A DNA stretch of 64,000 bases from an uncultured Phycisphaerales bacterium (GTDB lineage: Bacteria > Planctomycetota > Phycisphaerae > Tepidisphaerales > Tepidisphaeraceae): the NCBI GenBank assembly GCA_963755915.1, contig CAVWLP010000002.1:1024001-1088000 (forward strand), in the 5' to 3' direction. The translations under genes were made by a program, and so were the position numbers. Numbering within the stretch: the stretch's first letter is position 1; each line of letters opens with the position of its first letter. The notes under the pieces are model-generated. The model was not told the DNA's origin. It saw nothing but the letters and a program-made list of their open reading frames with translations, and made no database searches. This document shows, in pieces, positions 10,167-20,774 of the stretch.

Positions 10167-10421
10167 TTACTGGCGGGTCGGAGGCTTGCGATAGATGACA
10201 AAGACACCCAAGACGATTACGGCCACTGCCGAGCAAACTATGAGTTCCCCGAACACTGGCGGCGCGCCAATTTCTCCCAGTTTGGCGCCCACCATATCAA
10301 CAATGGTCCCAGTGATCCCGACAAGCAAAAAGACCATGAACGCCTTGTAGCTTCGCTCCCGCCTGTTGGTCCCTTTGGCTGATGGCTTGACGCGGTAGTC
10401 CAGTGTTGGTGGCTTGTCCAC
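10167..10421 (-). CDS. Small two-TM hypothetical protein
   Basis: PTLDY N-terminus and two hydrophobic segments; starts 2 nt after the upstream stop. Confidence 0.55.
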   Translation of the reverse strand: MDKPPTLDYRVKPSAKGTNRRERSYKAFMVFLLVGITGTIVDMVGAKLGEIGAPPVFGELIVCSAVAVIVLGVFVIYRKPPTRQ

Positions 10422-10423
10422 GG

Positions 10424-10593
10424 CTACGCCTTCTTTCGGCTCCGTTTCGCCTTGTCCGCTTCGGCCTCCAGCTGCTTTACGTCCGCTGGCTTGACGCGCT
10501 GCCGCGCAGGGCTTCGTACGGCGATAGGGGGGCGAGGGAGATTGGGCTGCCCTTCTTGCTGTTGGTGTTCCGATTGTGGGCCTGCTTTAACAT
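10424..10593 (-). CDS. Small basic hypothetical protein, apparently frameshifted near 10500
   Basis: MLKQAH...ISLAPLSPYEALR continues in another frame as RVKPADVKQLEAE...RKKA*. Confidence 0.45.
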
Positions 10594-10908
10594 GCCACCA
10601 TTGTAGCACGTTCCGCCCTCGGCGTTAAAATGCGGGCGTCGGGAAAGCCGTCTGATCCACGGCTTGACGGTTCGGCGCAACGCGGCTGTTCACCAGTGGC
10701 CGCGATGCCCGGACCCACCCGGCAGAACTGGTGAAGCATGGTTGACGGGACTTCGCGCGACGAAGAATCTGAACGACTTTCCTCCGATTGGCAAAGGCAC
10801 ACTGGATGCATAAGTGCGCATCGGGCGGCTCACCACCGCTTTAGTATGATTCATTATCAGCTGTACAGACTTTCTTCAAAATGCCCAAACGATCCCCCGC
10901 GAATGCTT

Positions 10909-11361
10909 TGTTGGAGACTGCGATCAGCAAAACATGTGGTAAGGCTTCGCAAGAGAATATTCGAAACACAAGCGCAATTACGGTCTGCGATCAAAATGCG
11001 AATCGAGTTCATGGAATACCTGGGATTGGACCCCTGCTATCTCAAGCTCCTCTTTCAAATGCGCCCGATATCCCTCCACGGTTTTACATCAAGAATTCAG
11101 GAGCAAACCGGAATGGCGATTCTTTCCATATTTGAGTGCGAAGAATTTCTCAGCAATCGCGGCAAACAGAAACAAATCACGGAAAACCAATTTTCTGACA
11201 CTTCGTTAACCACATCTTCCGCCATTCGTGAGATGAAAGACGAGATGGCCAGCACCCAAATTCCATCATATGAGCGCGATGCTTTTCGCAGCTTTGTTGA
11301 AGCGGTCAAAGAAAATCCTCTCTGGCGCGGCGCCCTCTCCGCGAGGTCTACCGCTGGATAA
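10909..11361 (+). CDS. Low-GC hypothetical protein, start uncertain
   Basis: Long ORF (10738..11361) in a lower-GC segment; no recognisable motif. Confidence 0.4.
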   Translation, partial: CWRLRSAKHVVRLRKRIFETQAQLRSAIKMRIEFMEYLGLDPCYLKLLFQMRPISLHGFTSRIQEQTGMAILSIFECEEFLSNRGKQKQITENQFSDTSLTTSSAIREMKDEMASTQIPSYERDAFRSFVEAVKENPLWRGALSARSTAG

Positions 11362-11888
11362 TAGAAAATGGCGTAACAATTGACGGCGAGAAATATATTC
11401 CGCCTCGCGACTTTGGAACGTGGGCGAAATATCGACGCTCCGGACGCGTCACGCCAAATAACCACTACCCCAGCGGAAAAATATTAAACTTCCGCCCCCA
11501 TTTCCGCCTCCGGAAAAGTAGTTCCGCGCGGCTTTCCGCGCCGTTCCGCACTTCCCCACCCCCAAGAGTCCAAAGCGACGGCTCGGTTTGAAAAAACGCA
11601 GGCCCCCAATAAAAGCGGCTTGCGGATGTTGAAGCATCCCAAGCCCGGTAGAGCCGTCGAGGAGATTCTTGTGAAGTACCATTACCTCAACGGGCGCTAC
11701 GCCCGCAATTCTATCCGTGCGCCACCACAGCCGCCACTCCCGGAGGGGAGCCGTCGCGGCCGTGGCGATGGACGCCAGGTATTGCCCGTTCGAATCGGGT
11801 CGGCCGTATTGAATGATTTATTCGCCAGGAGGAGGCGGTAATGCGGGCGGTGAATTTGGGGACATGGGAGGAGGACGGGGCAGAGGAT

Positions 11889-11920
11889 GTGCGATTGACG
11901 AGAATGCAAAGAATCTGACA
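11889..11920 (+). repeat. 32-bp direct repeat, copy 2
   Basis: GTGCGATTGACGAGAATGCAAAGAATCTGACA. Confidence 0.85.
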
Positions 11921-12142
11921 AGCCTCCCTTCCACTGGACGCGGCAGGGTCGGTCGGCTACCCTCGCGTTGCCAAAGCAAAGGAGTAGACGAACATGGCCA
12001 AGCCTCGGCGCCGACGGAAGATCGGCAGCAAGAAGCGCAAGGCGCGTCGCGATCGCCGCAAGCGATAACGACGTCGACGGATCGCGAATCGCCCGTATAG
12101 TCCCGGCTGGCTTCATTGTCCGGTCCAGACGCTCCATTGTTT

Positions 12143-14266
12143 ATGCATCGCAGTTCAACCGGACAAATTCCACCAGCATCCGGCCCATCGTCGCCTCCGA
12201 CCACCCCAGCCCCGACCACCCCCGCCGAAAAATATTTCAACCGCGAGTCGAGCTGGCTCAATTTCAACCGCCGGGTTCTGGAACTGGCGGAAGACCCCGA
12301 AGTCCCCCTCCTCGAACGCGCCCGATTCCTGGCCATCTTTTCCTCCAACCTCGACGAGTTCTTCATGAAGCGGGTAGGGGGGCTCCAGCGGCAGCAGCAT
12401 GCCGGCGTCACCGAGCGCTCCATGGACGGCCTCACCGCCGTTCAGCAGCTCGAGCTCATCCGCACCCAGCTTCTCCCCATGCTCGAAGAACAGGTCGCCT
12501 GCTGGCTCGACGAGGTGAAACCCGCCCTTGAGCAGCAGGGGATCGTCATCCACGATTATGAATCCCTCACCAAGCTCGACCGCGCCGAGGCCGACCACTT
12601 CTTCAGCCGAAACGTCTTCCCCATTCTCACCCCCCTCGCCGTCGATTCCGCCCATCCCTTCCCTTTCATCTCCAATCTAAGCAATTCCATCGGCGTAATC
12701 CTCGAGCATCCGACCCGCAAGGAAAAATCGTTCGTCCGCATCAAGGTCCCCGAAAATCTCCAGCGCTGGGTTCCCGTCACCGCCGAAAATCACTTTGTCC
12801 CTCTCGAACAGGTGATCGGCGGCAACCTTTCGCTCCTCTTCCCCGGCATGAACGTGCTGGAACATTCCCTCTTCCGCGTTACCCGCAACGCCGACATCGA
12901 AATGGACGCCGAAGACGCCGACGATCTGCTCATCCTCGTCGAGCAAGAACTTCGCGCCCGCCGAATGGCCCGCGCCGTCCGCCTTGAGCTGGCGCAGTCC
13001 ATGTCCCCCGCCTTGCTCCAGTACATCACGCATGGCGTCGACGTCGATCCCCAGGACATTTACCCCACGCGCGGCCCCGTCGATCTCTCCGACCTCGCCG
13101 CCCTCGCCAACCTCGATTTCCCGGAACTGAAATATAAACCCTGGCACCCCATCCGCCCCCCGCGGCTCGAAAGCGAAGACGCCGATATTTTCCACGTCAT
13201 CTCCGAAGGCGACATGCTCGTCCACCATCCCTACGAGGGTTTCGCCGACAGCGTCGAAAAATTCATCGCCATGGCGGTCATGGATCCCAAGGTGCTGGCG
13301 ATCAAGATGACCCTCTATCGCACCGCCGCGGATTCGCCGTTCCTTCTCTCCCTCATCCACGCGGCGGAGTCGGGAAAACAGGTCGCCGTGCTGATCGAAT
13401 TGAAAGCCCGCTTCGACGAGCGGCGAAACGTGCAGCTTGCCACCACCCTCGAAAACGCTGGCGTTCACGTCGTCTACGGCCTGATCGGCCTCAAGACGCA
13501 TTGCAAGATCGCCATGGTCGTCCGCGACGAGCCCGAAGGGTTACGCACCTACTGCCACATCGGCACCGGCAACTATAACTCCCGCACCGCCCAGCTCTAC
13601 ACCGACCTGAGCCTGTTCACCTGCAACACCCAAATCACCGACGACGTGATCGACCTCTTCCACTATCTCACCGGCCGCTCGCTGAAACGCGACTACCGCA
13701 AGCTGCTCGTCGCCCCCGTCATCATGCGCGAGCGTTTCATCCTCAAGATCAACCGCGAGATCGAGCACGCCCGCGGCGGCAAAGAGGCCCGCATCGTCGC
13801 CAAAATGAACGCCCTCCAGGACCCCGAAATCATCGAGGCCCTCTACGCCGCCTCCCAGGCCGGTGTAAAAATCGAGCTCTTCGTCCGCGGCTTCTGCTGC
13901 CTCCGCCCCGGGGTCGAAGGGATGTCCTCCAACATTTCCATCTGCGGAAACCTCGGCGTTTTCCTCGAACACTCCCGAATCTATTATTTCCTTAACGGCG
14001 GCGCCGAAGAATTCTACATCGGTTCCGCCGACTGGATGCACCGCAACCTCGACTGGCGCGTGGAAGCCATCACCCCCGTCGAATCCCCGCCGCTGCGCGA
14101 ACGCCTCCGCGAAATTCTCGACGCCATGCGCACCAGCAAGACCCACTCCTGGAAGCTGGGCGCCGATGGCGCCTGGCGCCCGCGCTGCCCCCCCGACGCC
14201 GCCGAAAAATGCGAAGACGTCCAGGCCGTCCTCATGCGGCGAACCCTGAAAAAACTCCGACCCTGA
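12143..14266 (+). CDS. ppk1: Polyphosphate kinase 1
   Basis: YFNRESSWLNFNRRVL, SSNLDEFFMKRV, VHHPY, ELKARFDE, KTHCK, GSADWMHRNL motifs. Confidence 0.97.
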   Translation: MHRSSTGQIPPASGPSSPPTTPAPTTPAEKYFNRESSWLNFNRRVLELAEDPEVPLLERARFLAIFSSNLDEFFMKRVGGLQRQQHAGVTERSMDGLTAVQQLELIRTQLLPMLEEQVACWLDEVKPALEQQGIVIHDYESLTKLDRAEADHFFSRNVFPILTPLAVDSAHPFPFISNLSNSIGVILEHPTRKEKSFVRIKVPENLQRWVPVTAENHFVPLEQVIGGNLSLLFPGMNVLEHSLFRVTRNADIEMDAEDADDLLILVEQELRARRMARAVRLELAQSMSPALLQYITHGVDVDPQDIYPTRGPVDLSDLAALANLDFPELKYKPWHPIRPPRLESEDADIFHVISEGDMLVHHPYEGFADSVEKFIAMAVMDPKVLAIKMTLYRTAADSPFLLSLIHAAESGKQVAVLIELKARFDERRNVQLATTLENAGVHVVYGLIGLKTHCKIAMVVRDEPEGLRTYCHIGTGNYNSRTAQLYTDLSLFTCNTQITDDVIDLFHYLTGRSLKRDYRKLLVAPVIMRERFILKINREIEHARGGKEARIVAKMNALQDPEIIEALYAASQAGVKIELFVRGFCCLRPGVEGMSSNISICGNLGVFLEHSRIYYFLNGGAEEFYIGSADWMHRNLDWRVEAITPVESPPLRERLREILDAMRTSKTHSWKLGADGAWRPRCPPDAAEKCEDVQAVLMRRTLKKLRP

Positions 14267-14349
14267 CGCGAGATTTCCCCCGGCTCGGTCCATTTCATTC
14301 GGCATTTGTCCTTCGGCATTCCCCATTTTCTGCTAACATTCCCCCCGCA

Positions 14350-15318
14350 ATGTCCAAGCGTGACCACGACTTCCCGTTGCTCAAATACACCGACTCCCTC
14401 GTCGAGAATCTCCGCGAGCTGATCCCCTCCGCGGTAGGGGGGCAGGACGAGGATGACGTCCACGATGCCCGCGTCATCACCCGCCGCCTCAAAGCCCTCA
14501 GCACCCTCGTCCAGCCGGTCGTCTCCAACAAATCGCGCCGCCCCTTCAATCGCGTCGGAAAATGCCTGCGCCGCCAGCTTGGCCCCCTGCGCGACATCGA
14601 CGTGATGCTCGAACACCTCGAAGAATTCAAGCACCCGAAATTACAACCCGCCATCCAATGGCTCCGCGATCGCCTCGGCGAGCTTCGCCGCCAGGCCATC
14701 GACTCCGCCGGCGAAAAAGCTCCGCCGGCGCGAATGCTCGGACGCCTCGGCGCCTGGTGGGGAATGCGCCACGAAATCGAGCAGGCCCGCGATTCCATCG
14801 AGCAACTTCTGGCCCAGTCCGTCCATTTGCAGCTCGACGCCTTCATCGAACAAGCCCAGGACCTCGCCGGGGAGAGACGAAACGACCCCCACCAGCTTCG
14901 CATCGCCGGCAAATCGCTCCGCTACACCCTGGAAATGGCCCGCGAGCAGGGAAACAAATTACCCGCCGCCGTCCTCTCCCTCTTCAAACGGATGCAAACC
15001 GCCCTGGGCCTCTGGCACGATTACGTGGTCTTGGCCGAGCGCATCATGCGCGAATCCGTCGAATGCGACCTCGCCCTGCACGATATGAAATTGCAATCGG
15101 ATCTTTTGCAGGCGGTCCAGATCTGTTTCCGCCGCTCCGAGGCCCAGCTAAAAAAAATGGCCGCCCTCTGGAAAACCCGCGGCGACTCGCTGACGGAAAC
15201 GATTCGCCAATCCTTCCCCCTGACACCGCACCCGCCCGAAGCCCCCGAATCACCCGATCCCGCGCCCCCCGAGGCCCCACCCATTGAAATCGAGCACAAC
15301 CCGGCGATTTCCGCCTAA
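14350..15318 (+). CDS. CHAD domain (polyphosphate-binding) protein
   Basis: VHDARVITRRLKA, LGPLRDIDV, HQLRIAGKSLRY, LGLWHD motifs; adjacent to ppk1. Confidence 0.92.
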   Translation: MSKRDHDFPLLKYTDSLVENLRELIPSAVGGQDEDDVHDARVITRRLKALSTLVQPVVSNKSRRPFNRVGKCLRRQLGPLRDIDVMLEHLEEFKHPKLQPAIQWLRDRLGELRRQAIDSAGEKAPPARMLGRLGAWWGMRHEIEQARDSIEQLLAQSVHLQLDAFIEQAQDLAGERRNDPHQLRIAGKSLRYTLEMAREQGNKLPAAVLSLFKRMQTALGLWHDYVVLAERIMRESVECDLALHDMKLQSDLLQAVQICFRRSEAQLKKMAALWKTRGDSLTETIRQSFPLTPHPPEAPESPDPAPPEAPPIEIEHNPAISA

Positions 15319-15383
15319 ATCGCGCATCGGTTCCCCGTTTAGCCGCGACCCGAAGGGGAGCGCGTTTTCTCTTTTACATTGCA

Positions 15384-15425
15384 TAAAAAAAGAACGCAGC
15401 CAGTGTCACTAACTCTGGCTGCGTC
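15384..15425 (-). terminator. Rho-independent terminator of the LysM gene
   Basis: ACGCAGCCAG/CTGGCTGCGT stem with an A7 run (U-tract on the minus strand). Confidence 0.7.
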
Positions 15426-15446
15426 CCGTCTTGCGTAGTGGCTTGC

Positions 15447-15818
15447 TTACGGCAGGGTGATCGTCTGCCCCACGCGCAGTTCGCTGGGAGTCAGACCAGG
15501 ATTCGCGTCCGCGATCTCACGCCACTTCTTCCCATCCCCATAGTGCTGGCTGGCGATCTTCCAAAGCGTGTCGCCCCGCTTAATCGTATAACTCCCGTTC
15601 GCCCCCGATGCCGACGCCATTTCCGTCGGCGCCGGCGAAGCCAGAGCCGGATCAGGCGTGCTCGTCTGCACCGGTGCGGGCGCGGAATACGCCACCGGCG
15701 TCGGCTGGGCACTCACATCCAGCGTCCCGGAGTCGGTCATAGGCTTGGAACCCTGCTGCTCCTGGCACCCGGCAGCAATCAAAAGCGCAACGGCAATGGC
15801 GGGAATCGCAAATTTCAC
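15447..15818 (-). CDS. LysM-domain lipoprotein
   Basis: Lipobox AAGC; YTIKRGDTLWKIA...ANPG...LRVGQTITLP. Confidence 0.92.
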   Translation of the reverse strand: MKFAIPAIAVALLIAAGCQEQQGSKPMTDSGTLDVSAQPTPVAYSAPAPVQTSTPDPALASPAPTEMASASGANGSYTIKRGDTLWKIASQHYGDGKKWREIADANPGLTPSELRVGQTITLP

Positions 15819-15954
15819 GACTTGCTCCTTATCTATCAGGACTTTATGCGAAAGGCCGTCCTGACCTTTCTTCTCTTCTCTTTTATCGGACCGATGAAGC
15901 AGCCCCCTTGAATTGTTGCGTTGCTCCCATCATTCCGGGCCTTATCATCACAGG

Positions 15955-16920
15955 ATGGCCCTGCGCTACTTGATCCTCGCGATCGTGATGATTGGCGTCG
16001 GCCTCGCCGCCGCCGCGGGAATGACCGTCATCCTCGCCTTCATGCTCCTACGTCCCAAGCGCATGACTGACGGCCGCGCCCTCGCCGCCCTCCGCCGACT
16101 TTCCCCGCGCGACCTCGGAATGGAATTTGAAACCGTTTCCTATCAGGTCATCGACGAATCCACCGGCGGGAAAATCAAAATCGCCGGCTGGTGGATTCCC
16201 ACGCCCGAATCGCGCGGGAAATCCGCCATCATCCTCCACGGATATTCCGACGCGAAAGTAGGGGGGATCGCCTGGGCGCCGATGCTCCGCTCGCTGGGCT
16301 TCAACATTCTCGCCCTCGATCTTCGCGCCCACGGAGAAAGCGGCGGCTCCTTCACCACCGCCGGATTCTGGGAACGCCACGACATCAGCCAGGTCATCGA
16401 CCAAACCAAATCCGAGCGCCCGCGCAATTTCGAGCAGGTGATTCTTTTCGGCGTCAGCATCGGCGCCGCCGTCGCCGCCGCCACCGCCGCCATCCGCACC
16501 GATCTCGCCGCCGTCATCCTCGAAAGCCCCTTCTCCGATTTTCAACACGCCGCCACGCGCCACGGAACCAACCTCGGCACCCCCGGACCCATGTTCCAGG
16601 ACCCCGCCTATCGTCTGGCCCAATGGATCGCCAAGGCCGATTTCAACGCCGTCCGCCCCGTAGACATCATTCCCAAAATCCCCTCCCCCGTCCTCCTCAT
16701 CCAATCCGGCGACGACCCCTTCGTCTCCCCCGAAGATCAGGCCGAGCTCAGGCGTGCCATCGCAACCTCCAAATCCAGGCCCCCAGGCCCCATCTGCTGG
16801 GACCTCCCCGGCGTCCACCACGTCTTCGGTTTGCAGCTCCTTCCCATCGAATATTCCCGCCAAATACAGGATTTCCTTTCCAGGGCCTTGCATTCAGCCG
16901 TGCACATATGCGAAAAGTAA
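15955..16920 (+). CDS. Alpha/beta-hydrolase with N-terminal TM anchor
   Basis: ILHGYSD, DLRAHGESGG, FGVSIG motifs. Confidence 0.9.
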   Translation: MALRYLILAIVMIGVGLAAAAGMTVILAFMLLRPKRMTDGRALAALRRLSPRDLGMEFETVSYQVIDESTGGKIKIAGWWIPTPESRGKSAIILHGYSDAKVGGIAWAPMLRSLGFNILALDLRAHGESGGSFTTAGFWERHDISQVIDQTKSERPRNFEQVILFGVSIGAAVAAATAAIRTDLAAVILESPFSDFQHAATRHGTNLGTPGPMFQDPAYRLAQWIAKADFNAVRPVDIIPKIPSPVLLIQSGDDPFVSPEDQAELRRAIATSKSRPPGPICWDLPGVHHVFGLQLLPIEYSRQIQDFLSRALHSAVHICEK

Positions 16921-16936
16921 GATTTTCGGAGCAGCT

Positions 16937-19900
16937 TTGTTGAGGGCACTTCAGGCAATTCAAGCGGATTTCTCCCGCACCACCCGCCTCAAGGGCGAGG
17001 ACTATTTCCGCCGTGGCGCCGTCCGGATCCTCGAAAACGATTCCGGCCGCGTCGTCGCCCAGGTTCAGGGCGGCGACCTTTACGATGTCAACATCGGCTG
17101 GAACGGCAGCGAATACTCCTACTTCTGCACCTGCCCCCACTACTCAGACAACGGCGCCCTCTGCAAGCACATCTGGGCCACGCTCGTCGCTGCCGATGCG
17201 CGGAAAATTCTGCCCGGCGCAGACGAAATGCCCCGCCTCCGCGAATCCACTGATGAAACCGAAGACGATTGGGAAGACGACGAAGAAGATTTCGAGCCCG
17301 AAATCCGCTCGATGAATTTCGGCAACCGCAAGGTCGATTTCATTCACTACCGCGAAAAGCCCAAGCCCCCGCAGAATAAACCCAAATCCCACGCCGTCTG
17401 GCGCCGCCGCCTCTCCGAATTGCGAACCGACTGGAGTTGGGAAAACGATTCTCCCCAAAACCCCTGGCCGCCCGGCAAGCAGATCATCTACGCCCTCTCC
17501 CCCGACACCGACGGCGAAAGCCGCGAAATCTCCATCGAGCTCTTTACCCGACCCTCGGAAAAGTCGAAGGGCCTCAAGCAGCTCCGCTTGCCGATGGCGC
17601 AGATCAACTCCCTGCCCGATCCCGTCGATCGCCAGCTCATCGGCATGCTCGTGGGAATCGCCGATCAGCAATTTAACGCTCCTTATGGTGTCTCGGTTCC
17701 CCACGCGCTGAAGTTCCGCAACGCCCGCGATTCGGTGGCGCTGCTTCGATCGATGTGCCAGACCGGCCGCTGCGTCCTCATGACCGGAAACGCCGACGAG
17801 CATATCCCCCTCCAATGGGAAGAAGGCGAACCCTGGCGGATGGAGCTGGCAATCGCCCCCGATGCCAGCGGCAAATCCTACAAGCTCAAGGGCGTGCTAA
17901 AGCGCGGCGACCAAAAAATCGACGTCACCCAGCCCCAGTGGATCGCCCGCGGCGGCCTTGTCGCCATCGACGGAAAGATCGCCGAACTCGTCGACGACGG
18001 CGCCTTCCAATTCGCCCGCCTCCTGCGCCACGAGCAGAACCTCGAAATCCCCGTCGAGCAGGGCGACCAGCTCCTCGAAGAATTGCTCGATTTCCCCCGC
18101 GTTCCATCGCTCGAGCTACCGGAGTCGATGCAGATTTCACAGGCCCGAACGCCGCCGCGCCCGCGCCTGACCGTCTCCCACCCCAAACAGCGCGACCAGG
18201 GAGCCGAGGATCGCCTCGTCTGCAAGCTCACCTTCGATTACCAGAACGCCCCCATCGAGCACGGCGACAAGCGCACCGCCGTCTTCGATTCCGCCCAGCG
18301 AAAAATCGTCCATCGCGATCTCCACGCCGAGCACCAGGCCCTGGCCCTTCTCAACGAACTCGGCCTGCGCCCCAATCGCAATTGGGACTCCGATCCCACC
18401 GAGTTCACCGTCGTTCCCCGCCGGCTCCCTGCCGCCGTCCAGGCACTCACCGCCCGCCAATGGCACGTCGAAGTCAGCGGAAAAATCTATCGCCAGCCCG
18501 GAAAAATCCAGGTCCGCGTCTCCTCCGGCATCGACTGGTTCGAACTCGACGGCGAAGCCGACTTCGAAGGCGTCGACATCAAAATCCCCAAGCTCCTCCA
18601 GGCCATCCGAAAAGGGGAAACAACCGTCGTCCTCGACGACGGCACCGTGGGCATCCTCCCCGAAGACTGGCTCAAGCGCTACGGCCTTCTCGCCGCGGTA
18701 GGGGAGGTCAAGGACGAAGCGATCCAGTTCGGCAAAAACCAGGTCGGCCTCCTCGACGCCTTGCTCGCGGAAGTACCCCTGGCCAGCGTCGACGAAGCCT
18801 TCGCCAAGGCCCGCGATCAGCTTCGAAAATTTGACGGCGTCCGCGCCGTCGACCCCGTCGAATCCTTCACCGGCACCCTCCGCCCCTATCAATGCGAAGG
18901 CCTCGGCTGGCTCGGCTTTCTTCGCACCTTCGGCCTCAACGGCTGTCTCGCCGACGACATGGGCCTCGGCAAAACCGTCCAGGTCCTCGCCCTACTCGAA
19001 GAGCGCCGCACCCTTCGCGCCCGCTCCGGCGTTAACGGAAATTCCAAAATCGGCCCCTCCCTCGTCGTCGTCCCGCGCTCCCTCGTCTTCAACTGGCAGC
19101 AGGAGGCCGCCAAATTCACGCCCCAGTTGCGCGTCCTCAATCACGCCACCATCGATCGCCTCAAAACCCCCGACCACTTCCACGAATACGACCTGGTTCT
19201 CACCACCTACGGCACCCTCCGCAACGACGTCGCCGATTGGCGCGATATCCGCTTCGATTACGTCATCCTCGACGAAGCCCAGGCGATCAAAAACGCCGCC
19301 AGCGAATCCGCCAAGGCCGCCCGCCTTCTCCGCGCCGATTATCGCCTCGCCCTCTCCGGCACCCCCGTCCAAAACCACCTCGGCGAACTTTGGAGCCTCC
19401 TCGAATTCCTGAATCCCGGAATGCTCGGCGCCTCCCGTGCCTTTTCCTCGATGGTCGTCGGCGCCGATCGCGCCGCCAGCGCCGAAACACGTCAGTTCCT
19501 CGCCAGCGCCCTCCGCCCCTTCATCCTCCGCCGCACCAAGGAGCAGGTCGCCCGCGATCTCCCCGAAAAGTTCGAGCAGACAATTTTCTGCGAGCTCGAC
19601 AAGCCACAGCGCACCCTTTACGACGAGCTCAAGGAGCATTACCGCCAATCGCTGCTGACCAAAATCGAGCAGGAGGGTCTTGGCAAATCGAAATTGCAGG
19701 TCCTCGAAGCCCTTCTCCGTCTGCGCCAGGCCGCCTGCCATCCCGGCCTCCTCAGCAAAACCCGCCTCGACGACGCCAGCGCCAAGCTCGACACCCTCCT
19801 CCCGCGTCTCGCGGAAGTCGCCGAGGAGGGCCACAAGTCAATCGTCTTCTCCCAATTCACCAGCTTCCTCGCCATCGTCCGCAAAAAGCTCGACGAGCAG

Positions 19901-20284
19901 GGCGTCATCTACGAATACCTCGACGGCAAAACCCGCGACCGCCAGCAGCATGTCGAGCGCTTTCAGACCGACCCCAATTGCAAGCTCTTCCTCATCAGCC
20001 TGAAGGCCGGCGGATTGGGTCTGAATCTCACCGCCGCCCAATACGTTTTCCTCCTCGACCCCTGGTGGAATCCGGCCGTCGAAGCCCAGGCTATCGACCG
20101 CGCCCATCGCATCGGCCAGACCAGTCAGGTCTTCGCCTATCGCCTCATCGCCAAAGACACCGTCGAGGAAAAGGTCATCAAGCTCCAGCAAAGCAAGCGC
20201 GATCTGGCAGATGCCATCATCAACGCCGACAACGCACTCATCAGCCGCCTCGGGAAAGAAGATTTGGAACTGCTATTATCGTAG
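16937..20284 (+). CDS. SWIM zinc-finger SNF2-family helicase
   Basis: CTC...CKH SWIM; LADDMGLGKT, DEAQ, SGTPVQN, SLKAGGLGLNL, DRAHRIGQ motifs. Start approximate. Confidence 0.95.
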   Translation: MLRALQAIQADFSRTTRLKGEDYFRRGAVRILENDSGRVVAQVQGGDLYDVNIGWNGSEYSYFCTCPHYSDNGALCKHIWATLVAADARKILPGADEMPRLRESTDETEDDWEDDEEDFEPEIRSMNFGNRKVDFIHYREKPKPPQNKPKSHAVWRRRLSELRTDWSWENDSPQNPWPPGKQIIYALSPDTDGESREISIELFTRPSEKSKGLKQLRLPMAQINSLPDPVDRQLIGMLVGIADQQFNAPYGVSVPHALKFRNARDSVALLRSMCQTGRCVLMTGNADEHIPLQWEEGEPWRMELAIAPDASGKSYKLKGVLKRGDQKIDVTQPQWIARGGLVAIDGKIAELVDDGAFQFARLLRHEQNLEIPVEQGDQLLEELLDFPRVPSLELPESMQISQARTPPRPRLTVSHPKQRDQGAEDRLVCKLTFDYQNAPIEHGDKRTAVFDSAQRKIVHRDLHAEHQALALLNELGLRPNRNWDSDPTEFTVVPRRLPAAVQALTARQWHVEVSGKIYRQPGKIQVRVSSGIDWFELDGEADFEGVDIKIPKLLQAIRKGETTVVLDDGTVGILPEDWLKRYGLLAAVGEVKDEAIQFGKNQVGLLDALLAEVPLASVDEAFAKARDQLRKFDGVRAVDPVESFTGTLRPYQCEGLGWLGFLRTFGLNGCLADDMGLGKTVQVLALLEERRTLRARSGVNGNSKIGPSLVVVPRSLVFNWQQEAAKFTPQLRVLNHATIDRLKTPDHFHEYDLVLTTYGTLRNDVADWRDIRFDYVILDEAQAIKNAASESAKAARLLRADYRLALSGTPVQNHLGELWSLLEFLNPGMLGASRAFSSMVVGADRAASAETRQFLASALRPFILRRTKEQVARDLPEKFEQTIFCELDKPQRTLYDELKEHYRQSLLTKIEQEGLGKSKLQVLEALLRLRQAACHPGLLSKTRLDDASAKLDTLLPRLAEVAEEGHKSIVFSQFTSFLAIVRKKLDEQGVIYEYLDGKTRDRQQHVERFQTDPNCKLFLISLKAGGLGLNLTAAQYVFLLDPWWNPAVEAQAIDRAHRIGQTSQVFAYRLIAKDTVEEKVIKLQQSKRDLADAIINADNALISRLGKEDLELLLS

Positions 20285-20288
20285 CCGC

Positions 20289-20762
20289 ATGAGAATTCTC
20301 GGCATCGATCCGGGGCTGCAAATCACAGGATATGGCGTCGTCGATTTCCGCGCTGCTCAACCCCAGCTCGTCGATGGCGGCGTGATCCGCCTGGCCCCAA
20401 AGACCACAATCCCCGAGCGCCTCGTCGAATTGGAATCCGAACTCGATGCCCTGCTCGCCGAATTTAAGCCCGACATCTGCGCCGTCGAACAGCTCTATTC
20501 CCATTACAAGCACCCGCGCACCGCCATCCTCATGGCCCATGCCAGGGGCGTGATCCTTCTCACCGCCCAGCGCCGCAACGTCCGCGTCAAGGAATTCTCC
20601 GCCAACCGCATCAAGCAATCTCTCGTCGGCTTCGGTCACGCCGGCAAAGCCCAGATCCAGCGCGGCATCCAGCAGATTTTCCGATTGAAGGAGCCCCTTC
20701 GCCCTCCCGACGTTTCCGACGCACTCGCCGCCGCTTTGTGTTGCGGCCAAAGCCTCCGTTAA
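20289..20762 (+). CDS. ruvC: Holliday junction resolvase
   Basis: MRILGIDPGL, AVEQL, HARGV, DVSDALA motifs. Confidence 0.95.
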   Translation: MRILGIDPGLQITGYGVVDFRAAQPQLVDGGVIRLAPKTTIPERLVELESELDALLAEFKPDICAVEQLYSHYKHPRTAILMAHARGVILLTAQRRNVRVKEFSANRIKQSLVGFGHAGKAQIQRGIQQIFRLKEPLRPPDVSDALAAALCCGQSLR

Positions 20763-20774
20763 GATGCCCTCCCC

